From Candidatus Lustribacter sp. (GTDB taxonomy: Bacteria; Vulcanimicrobiota; Vulcanimicrobiia; Vulcanimicrobiales; Vulcanimicrobiaceae): 64,000 bases of DNA. Below, one piece after another: positions 62,031 through 64,000 of this stretch. The stretch covers positions 3,392,001 to 3,456,000 of the forward strand of contig OZ255842.1 of the NCBI GenBank assembly GCA_965277805.1. Direction: 5' to 3'. How positions within the stretch are numbered: position 1 is the first letter of the stretch; the number at the start of each line of letters is the position of its first letter. A program made the translations under genes and the position numbers. The notes beneath the pieces were generated by a model. The model was not told the DNA's origin, did no database searches, and saw only the letters and a program-made list of their open reading frames with translations.

Positions 62031-63575
62031 ATGGCCGTCGCTAGCCCGCGGCGCTATGACGTATCGGAAACCGGCCTCCGGCGAATCCTGATTGTCCTGG
62101 GCGTGATGGCCGCGTCGATGCTGCAGAGCCTCGACTCGACGATCACCAACGTTGCGCTCCCCACGATCCAAGGCAACCTGGGCGCGAGCCAGGACGAAGC
62201 GACCTGGGTGATCACGGCGTACGTCATCTCCGCGATCGTCGTCATCCCGCTCACGCCGTGGCTGCAGAACCGCTTCGGCCGCAAGAACTACTTCGTCGCG
62301 TCGATCGCCGGCTTCACGCTCGCATCGGTCGCGTGCGGCTCGTCGGAATCGCTGACGTTCCTCATCATCTCACGCGCCGTCCAGGGCGCGTTCGGCGGCG
62401 GCTTGGTCGCGACGGGTCAATCGATCTTGCGCGATACGTTTCCACCGGAACAGCTCGGCACGAGTCAGGGCCTCTACGCGATCGGCGCAATCATGGGACC
62501 GGCGCTCGGTCCACCGCTCGGCGGCTACCTGGTCGATAACTGGTCGTGGAACTGGTGTTTCGACATCAATATCGTGCCGGGTATTTTTGCTGCGCTCGTG
62601 ATGCTCGCGCTGTTACGCGATCCCGAGCGCAGCAAGCCGACCGCGGTCGACTTCCCGGGCCTGGGCCTTCTGGCGATCGCGCTCGGATCGATGCAATTCG
62701 TGCTCACCGAAGGCGAGCAGCACTACTGGCTCGAGGATTCGACGATTCTCCTCATGACGGCCGTTTGCGCGATCAGCCTGGCGGCGTTCGCGTACCACGA
62801 ACTGTTCCGTACGCGTTTCCCGGTCGTCGACTTGCGCATCTTGCGCAATCACAGCGTGTGGGCCGGATCGCTGCTCGCCCTATCGCTCGGCGTCTCAGCC
62901 TTGGGCTCGAGCTACGTCCTGCCCCAGTTCAACCAAGGGCCGCTGGGGTTCACGCCGCAGCTGAGCGGTTTGCTCTTTCTGCTACGCGCCGTACCGATCG
63001 GATTTTGTACGCCGCTGATCGTCCGCGTTGCCGGCAAGGTCGATCCGCGCTTTATGCTCGGCTTCGGCTTCTGCCTGATCGCTTTTGCAAACTACATGCA
63101 AGCGTCGATCATGACCGCGCAAGCCTCGTTTTGGACGTTCGCGATACCGCTCGTGCTCTCGGGCCTCGGCTCGGTGACGCTCTACATCCCGATGACGATC
63201 GCCGTGCTCGGCTCGACGACGCCGCAAGACGGGCCGAAGGCCTCGGCGTTCATCAACCTCTCGCTGCAACTCGGCGGCTCGATCTCGGTCGCAATGCTCG
63301 ACGTGTTCATTCACCAGCGCGAGGAGTTCCACTCGACGATCATCGGCGGCACGCTGACGCAAGCGAACGTCACGGTGCGCGACTTCCTGGCCACCCACTC
63401 TCCGCTCACGCTCGCGAACCTCGCGTATACGCAGTCGACGATCCTGTCCTATGCCGACGCGTCGATGGCGATCGGAACGGTCGCCGTCGTGTGTCTGCCG
63501 CTGATCTTCTTGATGCGCCGGCGGCGGAACGCAGGTCCGCCGCCGAAGGTCGATATCGACGTCGAGCTGGCCTAA
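62031..63575 (+). CDS. DHA2 family efflux MFS transporter (EmrB/QacA-like)
   Basis: 'LDSTITNVALPTIQGNLGA', 'WVITAY', 'GPALGPPLGGYL', 'WCFDINI'. Confidence 0.92.
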   Translation: MAVASPRRYDVSETGLRRILIVLGVMAASMLQSLDSTITNVALPTIQGNLGASQDEATWVITAYVISAIVVIPLTPWLQNRFGRKNYFVASIAGFTLASVACGSSESLTFLIISRAVQGAFGGGLVATGQSILRDTFPPEQLGTSQGLYAIGAIMGPALGPPLGGYLVDNWSWNWCFDINIVPGIFAALVMLALLRDPERSKPTAVDFPGLGLLAIALGSMQFVLTEGEQHYWLEDSTILLMTAVCAISLAAFAYHELFRTRFPVVDLRILRNHSVWAGSLLALSLGVSALGSSYVLPQFNQGPLGFTPQLSGLLFLLRAVPIGFCTPLIVRVAGKVDPRFMLGFGFCLIAFANYMQASIMTAQASFWTFAIPLVLSGLGSVTLYIPMTIAVLGSTTPQDGPKASAFINLSLQLGGSISVAMLDVFIHQREEFHSTIIGGTLTQANVTVRDFLATHSPLTLANLAYTQSTILSYADASMAIGTVAVVCLPLIFLMRRRRNAGPPPKVDIDVELA

Positions 63576-63578
63576 GCC

Positions 63579-64000
63579 TCAGACGATCTTGTTTTCGAGC
63601 GTACCGATCGACGGCGACGAGATCGCGACCGTATCGCCCTTCTTCAGGAACAGGTCACGCGGGCGCGTGCCGTCGGCCGCGGGCTTGGTGCTGTCTTGCG
63701 CCGTGCCGGCGCCGGTTCCGCCGAGGATGACGTCGCCCGGAACGAAGGTGAAATCGACCGACAGAAACTCGAGGTACTCCGCAAACGAGAACACCATGCT
63801 CTTGCTGTTGTAACTCTGACGCACCGCGCCGTTAACGCGCGTTTCGAGCTGCACGTTTTGCGGATCGACGCCGTCGATCGCGATGCTCGGTCCGATCGAG
63901 AGCGAGAAATCGAAGTTCTTCTGCAAGTTGAAGCTCATCGCGCGCTGCGCGGCGCCGTGGTCGCGATTGCTCCAATCGTTCGCCAGCGTCACGCCCCATA
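63579..64000 (-). CDS. FAH hydrolase family protein, C-terminal part, truncated by window edge
   Basis: 'GVTLANDWSNRD', 'KNFD', 'PGDVILGGTGAG', 'IGTLEN'. Confidence 0.88.
   Translation of the reverse strand, partial: WGVTLANDWSNRDHGAAQRAMSFNLQKNFDFSLSIGPSIAIDGVDPQNVQLETRVNGAVRQSYNSKSMVFSFAEYLEFLSVDFTFVPGDVILGGTGAGTAQDSTKPAADGTRPRDLFLKKGDTVAISSPSIGTLENKIV

Overview
A 64-kb, GC-rich, extremely gene-dense bacterial chromosomal segment with about 66 CDSs. I found no rRNA, tRNA, CRISPR array, prophage or intact transposase. The Ig-like surface lipoproteins, the HQGTIINPTGLTL-motif protein, the expanded SsuA/THI5 and LivK binding proteins and the S53 protease resemble Candidatus Eremiobacterota/Vulcanimicrobiia; this is an inference from family recognition, not a database result. 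The window is a patchwork of small uptake and catabolic operons for aromatic or heterocyclic compounds: Rieske oxygenase, intradiol and extradiol dioxygenases, flavin monooxygenases, meta-cleavage hydrolase, aldolases, FAH enzymes and a LeuCD-like hydratase. It also holds 10 intact solute-binding proteins but only one ABC core, an oxyR-katG locus, several MFS transporters and regulators. Most notable items: a DUF3500-monooxygenase-ABC-FAH-beta-propeller operon (candidate undescribed pathway); an MFS-cupin fusion; a TetR with a transposase-like N-terminal domain; a chimeric TPR-LuxR-ATPase-TPR regulator beside two surface lipoproteins with a lux-box-like site; a HEPN-less Abi-like gene coupled to oxyR; several genes shrunk by in-frame deletions; and a recurring SigH-like promoter motif. 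All functional calls come from motif recognition by eye.
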